Shown one piece after another: positions 26,801 to 39,000 of a DNA stretch of 64,000 nt. Numbering within the stretch: the first letter of the stretch is position 1; each line of letters opens with the position of its first letter. The translations under genes were made by a program, and so were the position numbers. Origin of the DNA: Dimorphilus gyrociliatus (taxonomy: Eukaryota; Animalia; Annelida); contig CAJFCJ010000012.1 in NCBI GenBank assembly GCA_904063045.1, positions 186,001 through 250,000 of the forward strand, read 5' to 3'. The notes beneath the pieces are model-generated. The model was given only the letters and a program-made list of their open reading frames with translations, searched no databases and had not been told where the DNA came from.

Positions 26801-28015
26801 TTTTGGTCATTATTTTAGTGAAGTCATGCAAAAATATCTATTAGGAGAGGGCATGTTGGGGGATCGTTTTCTTTCATCACTGATTCTAGCTTCTCCTAAA
26901 TAATCCCCTGACAATTCGTCACAATAGACACTTTATAAATTATTAGCGCTTAAAAAGAAAACAAAAAAAAGCTAAAACTATAAAGCATTTGGAATCTAAA
27001 AAGCTACTTGTGGTTGTAATATTATACACTGAAAGTATAAATACTTAAGGCATAGTTTTGTTATATAACAAGGACTGATAATTCAGAGATTTTATGTTTT
27101 CAAAACCGATTTTTCACTGTGATTAGTTACTCTTATCTGATAATTGCCTGTAGATTAAATATTCAAATTTTATCCATACTACTGAAAGTAGCTTTCACTT
27201 TTTTTCTCACATTATTTCTCTTAGTTACGATAACTTAAAAATGCAGTCAAATATATTTTATATTATATCATCTTCTCTTCATTTTTACGGTAAATTAATC
27301 AATGGAAAAATTCTCGGCAAACACACACACACACACACACACACACTATTCATTGTCTCTACATCATATGACAAAAACATTACTTTTACACTCCTGATCA
27401 ATGATCTTCCATAAATAACATGACAAACTCTAGACACCCCTCTTTTATTTCAAAATTCTTTTGATGATATGATATGATCAATGATAATTTTTAATTTGTG
27501 TGGTTTTTTTTTTTTGATTAATCTACTTTTGTTTTTTTTTATCTTCTTTTTACAATACTGATAATCAAAAGATTATGGAAAATTTTGAATAAATAAATAT
27601 TAGAATAACCGTAAAGGTAAAGTTATAGTTAAAAATCTTAACTATTCAGTTAAGGTTTCAATATCATTAATTAACTTTCAATAACCTTCATTAAAATATA
27701 AATATAATATATTTAACATATTTTCAATAATCCTTTTCTCATTTTTTTCAAGGAGTTCTATACAAGAAGGTCTTGTGCGTCACCTGTCGAAGATGGCGCC
27801 GAGATTTTTCAAGAAATGGATACGAACTATCGTCGTGTCATACTCAACATACTCGTAAAATAAAATCCAACTCTTGCGTTGATGATGAAGAAGAAACAGA
27901 GAAAACGTTATTCAGTACAAAATTGGGAAAGTGTCGTTTAGAAATAGAATTCCACCCACCGGGTAGAAGAAAAACCAAAGAATTAACCAGAAATTCAGTT
28001 TCTGGATCAATTTAG
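17818..28015 (+). CDS. Class A (rhodopsin-like) neuropeptide GPCR, somatostatin/allatostatin-C/opioid-receptor-like, about 394-397 aa
   Basis: Exon 1 from ATG 17818 to 18292 or 18320, optional micro-exon 18563-18599, then 19871-20289 (gtgagt donor) and 27753-28015 after a 7.46-kb intron. Motifs: GIIGNSLV (TM1), NYYIWNLALSDELFVLTLP (TM2; SSTR-like DELF), SVDRYLA (DRY), ECL2 Cys, SCINPIIY (NPxxY). The last exon gives helix 8 NENYRVLYKKVLCVTC with likely palmitoylation cysteines. Confidence 0.9.
27321..27346. repeat. (AC)13 microsatellite in the long GPCR intron
   Basis: Seen directly. Confidence 0.9.
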
Positions 28016-30148
28016 AAGATTAGTTAATTGATTTGAGTTTAATGAAGAATTAACTAACAAGGAGTTAATGCAGTAAATATTTTGAAAAAATGAGATATTT
28101 CTTTCTCCAATTTATATTTATCTTATTCAACTGAATTTTTCTGCATAATGACTTAGTGTTCGGTGGATAGTTAGCAAAACCTCAAACGCATTGTCTCTTA
28201 CTCTATATATTTTTCAGTTACTCTCCTCTCTCTTTTTTTTTCTTTTTATCTCTCTTACTTTATTTGTCTACTTTTCTCTATCTGTCTCCGTCTCTTTCTC
28301 TCTCTGCCACTAGCTAAAAATATGTTTTTCTTTAACGTTTGTCTAGTTAACATTTAGTTTTAGTGAAATTTGAAAGAATCGTTATTTTGGCGAGAAAAGG
28401 AAGATAAAGAAATGAAGTGAGAATTTAAGGCACAGAATGTCATAAATAAGTAATAATAATAAGTAACGAAAAGCCTCCCTCAAAACCTATTAAAGGCGTG
28501 AAAAAATGATTAGCACCTCCATTTCTTATTTCTCATCCAACATATATAAAAAGATATTCCTAACGATATCAAACTAATATATATTTTAATATGTTTTCTA
28601 TGTAAATTTCAAATTTTTTATACCTTTTTATCAGAATATAAAGATGGATATAAATATAACCAAAACTTCTATCTAACAATGTAATCCAATATAAAAAGGG
28701 GCACGACAAGAATAAAGAAATTGAACTGTTTACGATATATATATATATATATGTATATTTATATATAGCAAATAAACTAGAAATCTTTATTCTGTTATTG
28801 TAAATAAGATTTTATATTGATGTTCTTAATGAATAGCTAATCCTTTTGTTTTTTTTTTCAATTTGAAAGGTGGCTTTGTGAATACTTTGAAAATTTTTAG
28901 CTTTATTGTCTTTCTTTCGAATAATTTCTAATTTATGAATACATCTTTGTATTTCTCTTTTACTAAGTAAACTTTTAAAAAGAATACTTTAATTAAGTAT
29001 TTAATAAATATACTGTATATATTGATATATTTACATATATGTAACTTTCTGTTGCATCCTTTGAAGAATAATAATAAATATATTTATAAATAGTTTGTTA
29101 GTATACATTGCTGTATATCCTGCTTTCACTGCGAGACATAAATTGTTCTATAGTTTTACATCCAGGGTCTTGTTTTATATAGTTTATGAGAAAAATATGA
29201 AAGACAGAATAAAACAAATATTTCCTAAGCATTAACCTGGTTTAAGGATATCGAAGAACCAAAATAGTAGATTACAGAAATGCTTGTAATAATATTTATA
29301 TACTAATATGTATAGAGAGAAAGTTAAAACATATAGGAAAGGGAATATTCCATGCAAAGTGAAAGAGTGAAGAAAAGTCAATCTCAGTGTAGAGGTGACA
29401 TTTATCAAATAATATTTTAATAAAATTAATTAATCTTAATATTCCAAACTTTTTAGGTTAATCTTGATGAGTCGAAATAAAAAAATTACCGTTATAAGGT
29501 TGTAAAAATTAGGAAAACTACTAATCATTTTATAGAAATTATCACTAACTCTTATATGCTGTAAGCAATACATCGATGAACTACTTTAAAAAGTACATCG
29601 ATGAACTATATTTTAAAATTAATAAAGAAACGCAAAATTATATAAATTTTACTAAATGAAATTACAAATGAAAGTGAAAAAGAAAATATATGTTAATTTG
29701 GCAAGTTTTCTTTAATACTTATCAATCGTAGCAGGTCAAATATTCTTTCCCTTGTCATTTTCAAAGCTATAAAATGTTTTTTCATCTAGGAACGTCATGC
29801 GAAACCTTTGCTGATTAGCACTCAACAAACTAGTCTCCCAAGGGAATTTTATGACATGCTGTACGAGAAAAAATATATTTGTCTTTAAATTATTTCAGTT
29901 TGTCTTCAATTTAAAAATATTTTTTCATTAAAAATAGAATGTTAAACAATTATTAAAACACTTTAATTATAAAAGTAATCGTTTAGTTTTCAAAGATATC
30001 ATTGATAAGCACGTTGACTTAATTAATATTCTTTTTTTCTTGTTTTTTTACGTCATCTCTTTCATGCGAAAATATTTAATGCATAATCATTGATAAATCA
30101 GTATTGTACTGTAAATTAAACTAGATATATTTCTGTATATTTTCAATT

Positions 30149-30178
30149 ACTCTTTCTCTCTCTCTCACTCTGCCTCTT

Positions 30179-30213
<35 letters not shown>
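30149..30213. repeat. (CT)n microsatellite
   Basis: Perfect CT run at 30182-30213 with an imperfect 5' extension. Confidence 0.9.
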
Positions 30214-30214
<1 letters not shown>

Positions 30215-33200
30215 ATTTTCTCTTATTAGAAAACTTGACAACTTAATATATATTTATGTTATAGAAAATGTGTTTCCAAGCAAACTTTTTAAAGTAGTTT
30301 ATTGATTTATCACCAACTGGTAAGGGCCCAATTTAGCGGTCTTTACTTATGAATAAAGAAGAGAATTGTTCTACATGAATTCACTTTTTAATAAAGTCTT
30401 ACTGATTATTAGCCATAAAAAGACCAATCATTAAGAGACAGTACTATATTTTATATGATTACTTAACTATTCAGGAACAAACTTACATTGGAGATAATTG
30501 TACAATGCAAAATGTACTCGTAACAGTTTTTTTTTAAATCATATACTGTATTATGTTCAGTAATTACTATATATAATATTAGTAAGATATAACTAGAATT
30601 TGCATGAACATTTCATAAATTAGTTATAATTTTCACGTATTGTGGTCTTTATAAACCATTCAGTTTATAAAATAATTATTCTATGACTCTCACTCTCTCT
30701 CCCTCTCTCTCTCTCTGTTGTTCCTGCCTCTTCTGTATTTAAGAAAAGAGAAAATTTTCCAAAGAAAGTTTAAGATGATCTTTAGATGACCGTTTTCTCA
30801 GAAATTTTCCAGGGTATTCAATTTATCTTTTCTTAGTTGTTTTTGTTTCCTAACATTCTATTTGCTTCTACAATTAACTACTATATTGTTTCTTTAGTCT
30901 TTCTATTAGTGTATAAATTCCATTGGGTAGACGACCAAAAAAAAAGACACGTTCTCTTTTTATGTCCTTCACACCAATCTGATTTCATTATATACAAGGA
31001 ACTTCAAAATAATTTAAGCAGATGGAGTTCCTCTCTCCTAATTTATTCGTTTCTTTTCGATCGTAGTTTTAATTTAATCTTTGTGTCACTAATTTATTTT
31101 TATCGAGTTTAAATGGTGACGTACAAGCAGTGGAAAAACAACGTCAAACTCTTTATTTATAGTTGAACGTATTGTCTTACATTTATACGACTATGCAAAT
31201 TACTTTTAATTTTTATATTTTTAGACGACATTCCATGTTATATTTCCTCCTTTTGTTACATATTTATCTTATTTAAGATTCTCTAAATAAACATTTTATT
31301 TTCTTTTCTCAGAAATATTTCCTGAATAAAAATAATATTAATTATGAGGCAAACTTTAAGCATACATTGCGCAATAGTTAACTATAATTGTCAGACTTTT
31401 CTATATCCAAGTAAATAAGCTTACAGTAGTAGCATTTGCTAAATGATAAATGAAGCATAACTTGACAACCATTATATCTTATTAAATAGTATAAAATAAT
31501 TATTTTTTAAAAGAATAACAAGCTATAGATCTTTCTAATCTTAAAAGATATATGAAAAACCTTGTAGTGAAAGGAACGCTAGGATTTATTTTATAATAGT
31601 TAAAAAAATATCATATACATAGTTTTATACACTATACATATGTTTACATTATGTGTGGTCATCTCTTTAAGAAGTTAATTAATTATTGATATATTCATTT
31701 CCTCGTAAATATTTACAACTTATTCCACTCAACTATTTTTAATACATTTTTCGTACAAAAATAAACTACTATTAGTATACAAATAACTAATGAGATATAA
31801 TAATGGAAGGAATAAAAAGCTTTAAGTATACAAGAGTTGTGATAGAAAAAATATAAAAAAATAATCAGTTTATATCCAATTTTTGTATGACAAAAGAAAA
31901 AGAAGATTAATTAAAATTTTCTTAAAAACAATCATATCAATTTAATAAGATTCCTTTTCAAGGCTTTTTTAAATTTCTCTTTATTATTTCAGCTTATTTT
32001 ATTTGCAATATGTATTTTATTTATACAGAAAATAACAGTAGTAGTTTGCATAAAATAGATACACTCTTTTGAATAATATCAGTTAAATGCTAATTAATAA
32101 GTAGTCTTTCACTAACCTTATTGCTATTACTTATACACACACAAAATATAAATAGAAGTAGTTTTTTCTATTATTAAAAATAGAGTAGAAGCTTTCTGAT
32201 TCTATTGGATAAAATCATAAAGAAGAAGAGAGAAAACAAGTCACGACAATCAGACAAATATACTTAAAAATTTGATATGTACTTGAAAGAATAGGAATAA
32301 GTTACATAAGAAGCTGATTTTTGTAAGTCTCTTCTTTACATTAAACTATAGTTTCCCTATTTATCGATAGTTTTAGGAAAATTTTCAAATATAGTAATAT
32401 AGTAATAAATTCATCATCTTATCCTAATACTTATATATTATAATATATAAGTCATTTCTTATTTTAATCGTTGATTTATGAACAAACTTTAAAATCTTTT
32501 ATCACATACTAATTTACGTCAATCACTTGAATATATTAATCTTCTTCATATTATTTAATTATATACAGAGAACGAAAATGTCAAGGTAACTCTTAATAAA
32601 CTTTTAATATTATCCCCCGTTTCTTTGAAAAATATATGTTTTAGCAATTTATATTCCAAGTATCTACTCTCTTTACGCAATCAACTAATAAATAAACTCA
32701 TAAGTTATCTCCTCAACCAGATTCTTTTTACCTTCCCTATTCAATATTCTATGTTATTATAAAAAATATCCCTCTAAATTTATTTTACGCCATCTGGTGG
32801 AGTTTTGAGAATTAATGTCACAATTAATAATGATTTTCATTTAGACTGGAAACTTTTTGTTGAAAACATAACACTTTACATATGGCATATACTGTTAGAC
32901 AATAATTTAATTTCTGTAAGAGAAATAATAATTTTTTAAATAATAGATGGCGTTGCAGCTGAAAAGTTTCTTCTAAATATACATAGTTGCTCCATCTATG
33001 TATATCCTATTATAGTGACAATAGCAGTTGCTGGTGTACAATTTACTTTTAACTGAAATTACTATTTTTATTACCATTATTACTGTAATATATAGTATAT
33101 AATATATGTTGTATATGATGTTCATGCTGCGTATGTTGTGTACATTGTCAACACTAGATTGCAACCTTTTTCTTTAAAAAAAAAGAGACTTGTGTAGACT

Positions 33201-34159
33201 TGTACAGCCAAATTCAACTTTCACCTTTAATTCTTTCTTATACAATCTGAAAAAAACTACAACAATGACTAATACTTCATCCAACCTGAATATAAATAAT
33301 AATTTGAATCAATAATATAGTAGTGTATGAAGAAAACTCGTGTAAGCTTTATCTAATATATATATATTTCCACTATAACCAATTACCTTACTTCTTTTTA
33401 AATTAGTTAATTAGTTGATATTTAATTAATAAATAATTTATTAATAATTAAGAAGTTTAGGAATATTTAAAAAGTTATGTTTATGGATAACTAAAATTTT
33501 AAATATATGTTTCTAAAGAGTTTAATTAAACAAGGAAAACTATCTTTATATGTTAAAATAGGAAAAGAAGCTAAAAATAATGAAAAAGTTAATGGTATAC
33601 AATTTTAAAAACATACTTAAAAACTTAAACTTTGGTCGTAAAAACCCAATTTAAAAAGGAAACGACAACCATAAAAGAGATTATTAGACAATTAGGAAGC
33701 GAGCAGGTGCGAATCACTATTAAGCAATAAAACTCGAATAAAATGAGACTTTCGAATTGGTAGATGAGCAGAATGTTAACGTCAGTAACTGTGACAAGCT
33801 GTTAATAGCGTCATTACGTGCCAGATGAATAATTGAAGAGACTACTGTTGTTTAGGAACAGATACTCAATACAAGGCTACGTAGTGATATAAATAAATAT
33901 ATATACAGCATATACAGTATATCTATACACGTGCTGGGTAAAAAATACTTGAATAACTAAAACTTTTTAACTGAATAAGTGTATATACTGTATATATATA
34001 TATAAAGTATATATGTGTATGTAGAGTATGTGCATCTGAATGCTTATAATTTATATAAGTGAGAATAGTTTTTATCTTCTACAGACTAATCGAATAAAGA
34101 AATCACCAAAGAATTATATAACATGAGATAAGAAACCCTCTATGTGTATATGTAAACAT

Positions 34160-34350
34160 TTCTACTGCGGTGGTAGGTGAATCGATGGCCGCCACTAATG
34201 CATCGTCAATACGGCGCCGGAACACAACTCCTATTAGCTTATTTACACTGCACAGTCAATTATAGGAAAATTAATGGTGCGACTGAGCACTGGGCGTAAA
34301 CAATGCTGCTGATTAGTGCCAGGCATCGCCCGCCGCTGGCGCTTCTTTTG
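34160..34350. promoter_or_regulatory. GC-rich non-coding island, putative enhancer upstream of the AUTS2-like gene
   Basis: CpG-containing patch in AT-rich desert, with a Fox-type GTAAACA, TAAT/ATTA cores and no sustained ORF. Confidence 0.35.
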
Positions 34351-36097
34351 TAGACAAAGAATCAGTTTTTAGGTATTCCTTTTTTTCCCCTCAAATACTG
34401 CTTTTATTTTCATCGAAAATCCCTTTATCACAAAATAATTAATGTCAAGAAATAATTTATACCATATATATATTGTATATATATGCAACGTATACAGTAC
34501 ATAATGTATATAAACACATATAAATATATATGGTTTGCAGGTAAAGGTGGAGAGGTGGTAATACAGTTTATAGATATGTACGCAAACTTAAGACAGAAAT
34601 ATTTACTTCATATATGACATATATATTTACATAAACTATTAGTAAACTCAGTTTGTAAAGGTAGGAGAATGCTAATGGTTAAAAAAAATATACCGCTATT
34701 CAAAGAAAGACCTTATATGTTTGAAATAAAAATACTGTATATATTAGTATACGATTCGTTTGCTTCTATGTACTTGTATTAAATCAATGCCCATTCATAA
34801 ATATCGTACAGAATACCAGCACGATTAACAACGCTCTTTAAGCCTTGATATTTCTTATATATTATTTAAATTTCGTAATTTTCTACAAATTCCCAACATT
34901 TTATTAATTATGCATAGGAATTGTGACGATTAAAGCTTCAAAACGAAAATACTTGGAAGAAGTTAACTAAATAACACTAATTATCCATGCATTATTTTTA
35001 CTTCCTAATTACTCTGGTTAATTAAGTATAGAGAATTAGATGAATTCTATATCAAAGTTAGACTAAATTAGTCAAGTATGTTAAAGACTTTTTCCTTAGA
35101 ATAAAAATGTCATTTACGACTTCTATCTTCAATGAATCAATTAGATTTAATCAATTTAGTTATTAGTAATTGGAAAACTAATTTCAATTATCCAATTAAG
35201 TGACTACTTTATATCAACAAATCAATATATTTAATCAGTTACTTATAGCATTGTCACGTTTTGTAACTTTACTTTCTAATATCTATCTTTTACATTAATC
35301 AATATAAAAACGACTATAAATCAGATGGAAAAGCTTTTTATATTATAGAAAAAGCCCGTATTTAGAGAGGTTTTCTGCGGTGAAAAAAAGTTGAAATATT
35401 CACTTTTTATCATCATTTTTTTGTGAAAAGAAAAATTTTCTTGAACTCTGATTTTTCAGTAGAAATAGATCTTAATGTAATGTTTCTTTCCGCTTTTTAG
35501 TAGAGTAGCTACTTTCTCTTTCCCAAGATATGTTGATAAATATCGGAAATGCTCTCAAAGCAGCAATGTACATAAATTTTTAAATGATATATTTATCATC
35601 CAGGGAGGGAAGATAATCATCGAAAGACCTCGATAGAGTGCTACATTGCCACTATAAACATCGATTACTCTTCTTACAGATCGCATTTCGAATAATTAAA
35701 ATCCTCTTGAGAGTTTGCTGAAGAATAACTGAAAAATAAGTCATGGAGAACTTATATCCCCCTAGAAACATTTTAGAGCGCTTTTAGTTTGAGCTATAAC
35801 GAAGGATTGAGCATCTTCGAAAATGATTACCCTTCGATAATTGTGTGGATTTCTTGGAATTAAAAATTACTATTTAAATCGGCTTTTGCTCATTTGTTTT
35901 ATCTTCTCTGAGGAATCTGCTATTGAGGGTGTTGTCTGCATCCTAATCAGAAATGATTAATTCGAATTGATTTTAATTTCTAAGAAACCTTTTATATGTC
36001 TAAACAAGGAGTACTTTACTCTTTTCATGATATCTTAATAGAGTGAGTATGGTACTTCAGAAAGGCATTTCAATGATAAAATGGAATCATAGATAAA

Positions 36098-39000
36098 ATG
36101 GACGTCAAGTCCATCAAGACCAATTCGATGCCTCTTTCAGATCAATGGTAAAGTAGACTAGTAGAGAACTTTGCACGAAAGAGGAAAGGATTGAAATGTA
36201 TAAAAGAAAAAGAGAAAAGAAAAGAAAGAATATGCAATCTATTCCTTTAAAAAAATTCTTCTTCCACTTCTTTTTGCATTAATCATTAACACAAAATCTA
36301 TTGTAATATACATTTTTTTGCATATGAATAAAACTGATAATTTATCTAATTTCCTCTTAAATATGTGAATAGTACAGAAAAAAAGCTAGATTAAAATCAC
36401 AGCCAATAATTCATAGGTTCAAACTGAAAAAAATGAAAAGAAAACTTTTTACGTCCGTAAAAGAGGTCAAGTAGAATTACAAAGTCATAAATTATTTAGT
36501 ATTTTAGGAGGATTTTTTTTTTAAAGTAAAAGTACAAAAAAAGATCTTGACAGACGAGAGAGCGAATAAGAAGGAGAAAGAGGAGGACGAAGAAGAGAAG
36601 ACAAAGAATAAGAGAAAAGAGTGAGCTGTATGAATAAAACTTTAAATTTTTTTTTGTGTTGAAGTTACCTACTATAAAATAAGCAGAGGAAATGATGGAA
36701 GAGGTTAAATTAACTATAAAATATTGTTCAAACAAGCGACAACACGTATAATTCATTCTTAAGTCTTTACTTTTAAATATTTAAAAAATATAAGTCCACC
36801 CTCTGCTGAGTGATTCTTTCTGAACAGTGTGGGACTTTGGCTCGTAAAACTAGCTTTTCTATAGGGTGGGCGGAATGATTGCTATGACTGTGTAAGTCGC
36901 GGAAGCGTTCCCTTTAGTTGTCATGGTGATACGCTTAGGGGGAGCAGCTTGATACTTTTGAACGGCCTTATTTTACACACACTTCGACGAAAAAGATAGC
37001 TTATGGTGCGAAGAAAACTTGGCGTTGTTTGTTTTTAAGCCTAATACTTCAAATGTATTACCAGTCAGGCTGCGCATGTTTGCAGAGTGTCAGTATTCAC
37101 TTCATTATACAAATGTCATATATAGGCGCTACGTCTTGGAAAGGTTTCTGTATGCTAAGAATATTAGAACATTTTTAATAAAACATTTTAATCCTTCATC
37201 GGTAATTAATCCGTCAGTATTCCTGCTAAATTAAACAGTACAATTTTTATTAGTGCTAATAAGAGAGTAACAATCCGAGATTAAAGTGGTTGATTATTCT
37301 TTACGCAAAGACAATGTAACAGAATAGTCATACTAATTGAAGTGTTCCCGTGAAACTACCTTAAGGAAATTAATTGCTTGCATTGGGCTAGTAGCTTATA
37401 AGTATATAGTTAACAATTATAAGCGTTCAAACTCTGGTATTCTTTACAAAAACCTTTTTCAAAAAAAGTACTCTTCTTAAATTACACCAAGATATGAGAA
37501 AGAAAAACATTTACCAAGCAAACCAGATTCAACTGAATATATTTCAAACAGTTTTATACATCTACAATTTTTTTCCTCTCTCTCTCTCACTCTCTCTCTC
37601 TCTCTCTCTCTGTCTCTCTTTTCCATTTTATCCTTCGTTTTTACGAAAGAATCAACTTTTCATTTGTCGTAAAAAAAAAAGTTTTCTGGAGAAATTAAAT
37701 CTCTTTTTTATGCTTTTGTGTTTGCTTTACTTTTATCTCTAAGTAGAAAAAAAACGAATGGAAAGAAGAAAAAGAAGAAACAAATCTTTTTTATGTCTTT
37801 TTTATCCGAAATCCCTTGCAGAGAGCATAGACATTCTACTAATATTATATATATATATATACAGTATATATACATATGTATATATACTGCATATACATTC
37901 TCTATATAATTACATCATAGAACTAACATTGAAATCAGTGACTGATTAGTTAGGGGAAAATGTCATATTTATCCCAATAAAAATCCTACCTCTAATCTGC
38001 ATCAAAAGGAAATCATCAGTAATTTTCTACTCAGAACGTATAATAGGTTGACATTCTAACGTTTGCAATATAAACTGGTTTGAAATTGTGGATCCCCTAT
38101 TCTCTACACGTTTTTTGGGACTAAAGTGTCATATAAACTATAATGTTGACATTATCAAATCAACTGAAATGTCATCTAAGATTATTTCTCTGAAAATCAT
38201 ATATGTAGTAATATATATATTATTATTAATATATCTATACTGTATATATGCTGTAATTGTTCAGTAGATGTATACAGTAAGTTTAATCTTTTCAACCTTC
38301 CCATCAAGAAAGAAACTTTTTCAGTCTCTATTGACCTGTTTGTTGTTTATTTTACTTTCAACGCTAATTGACTTGAATAAAAAATTAAGTCAAGACCTTT
38401 TCATTAATTAAAGCCCGTTGATTTTAGAATCCTTAACGTCTTCGATTTAATCTAATGAACTGTTAGTGAAGAAATAATTTATACTTTACGTAAATGCAAA
38501 AGAAAATTTAAATGCTGCTGTTACGGAAGTAATAAATGGACTCAGGAACCAGATATATTTAAATAGTTAGCCGAAACTATTCTTTCTATATTTGGAATAT
38601 ACAGTGAAATACATTATACCTACAAAAGTAGACCTTTCTATAAATACATTTATTATATAATAAATAGTATAATTTATTCAATATGTAAATTACATTTAAG
38701 ATATGCACTATAAAATATAAACAATCATTTCTGGATATTCTATGCCTTGCTGTTATTCTGCTACAGCTAACTGTAAATTCTTTAGGATAGCCCCAAAGAC
38801 TTCTGCTCCATTGTAAACACTTGCATAATTCAGTTATTTGTTACTTAGTACGTAACCTAAGACGTCAAATTTCGGAGAAGGAAAAAAAGCGTGACTGCTG
38901 CCATTTGCACCAATAGGCTGTTAAATTGATTTAGAGACGCGTCTGATTTCCCCAGCGACTGATGTATAAATCTCGTACTGCAGCCGTAAACGACGTAAAT

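Noticed and set aside
29571-29580. CATCGATGAA resembling a 5.8S rRNA motif
   Set aside because: Flanks show no rRNA similarity.
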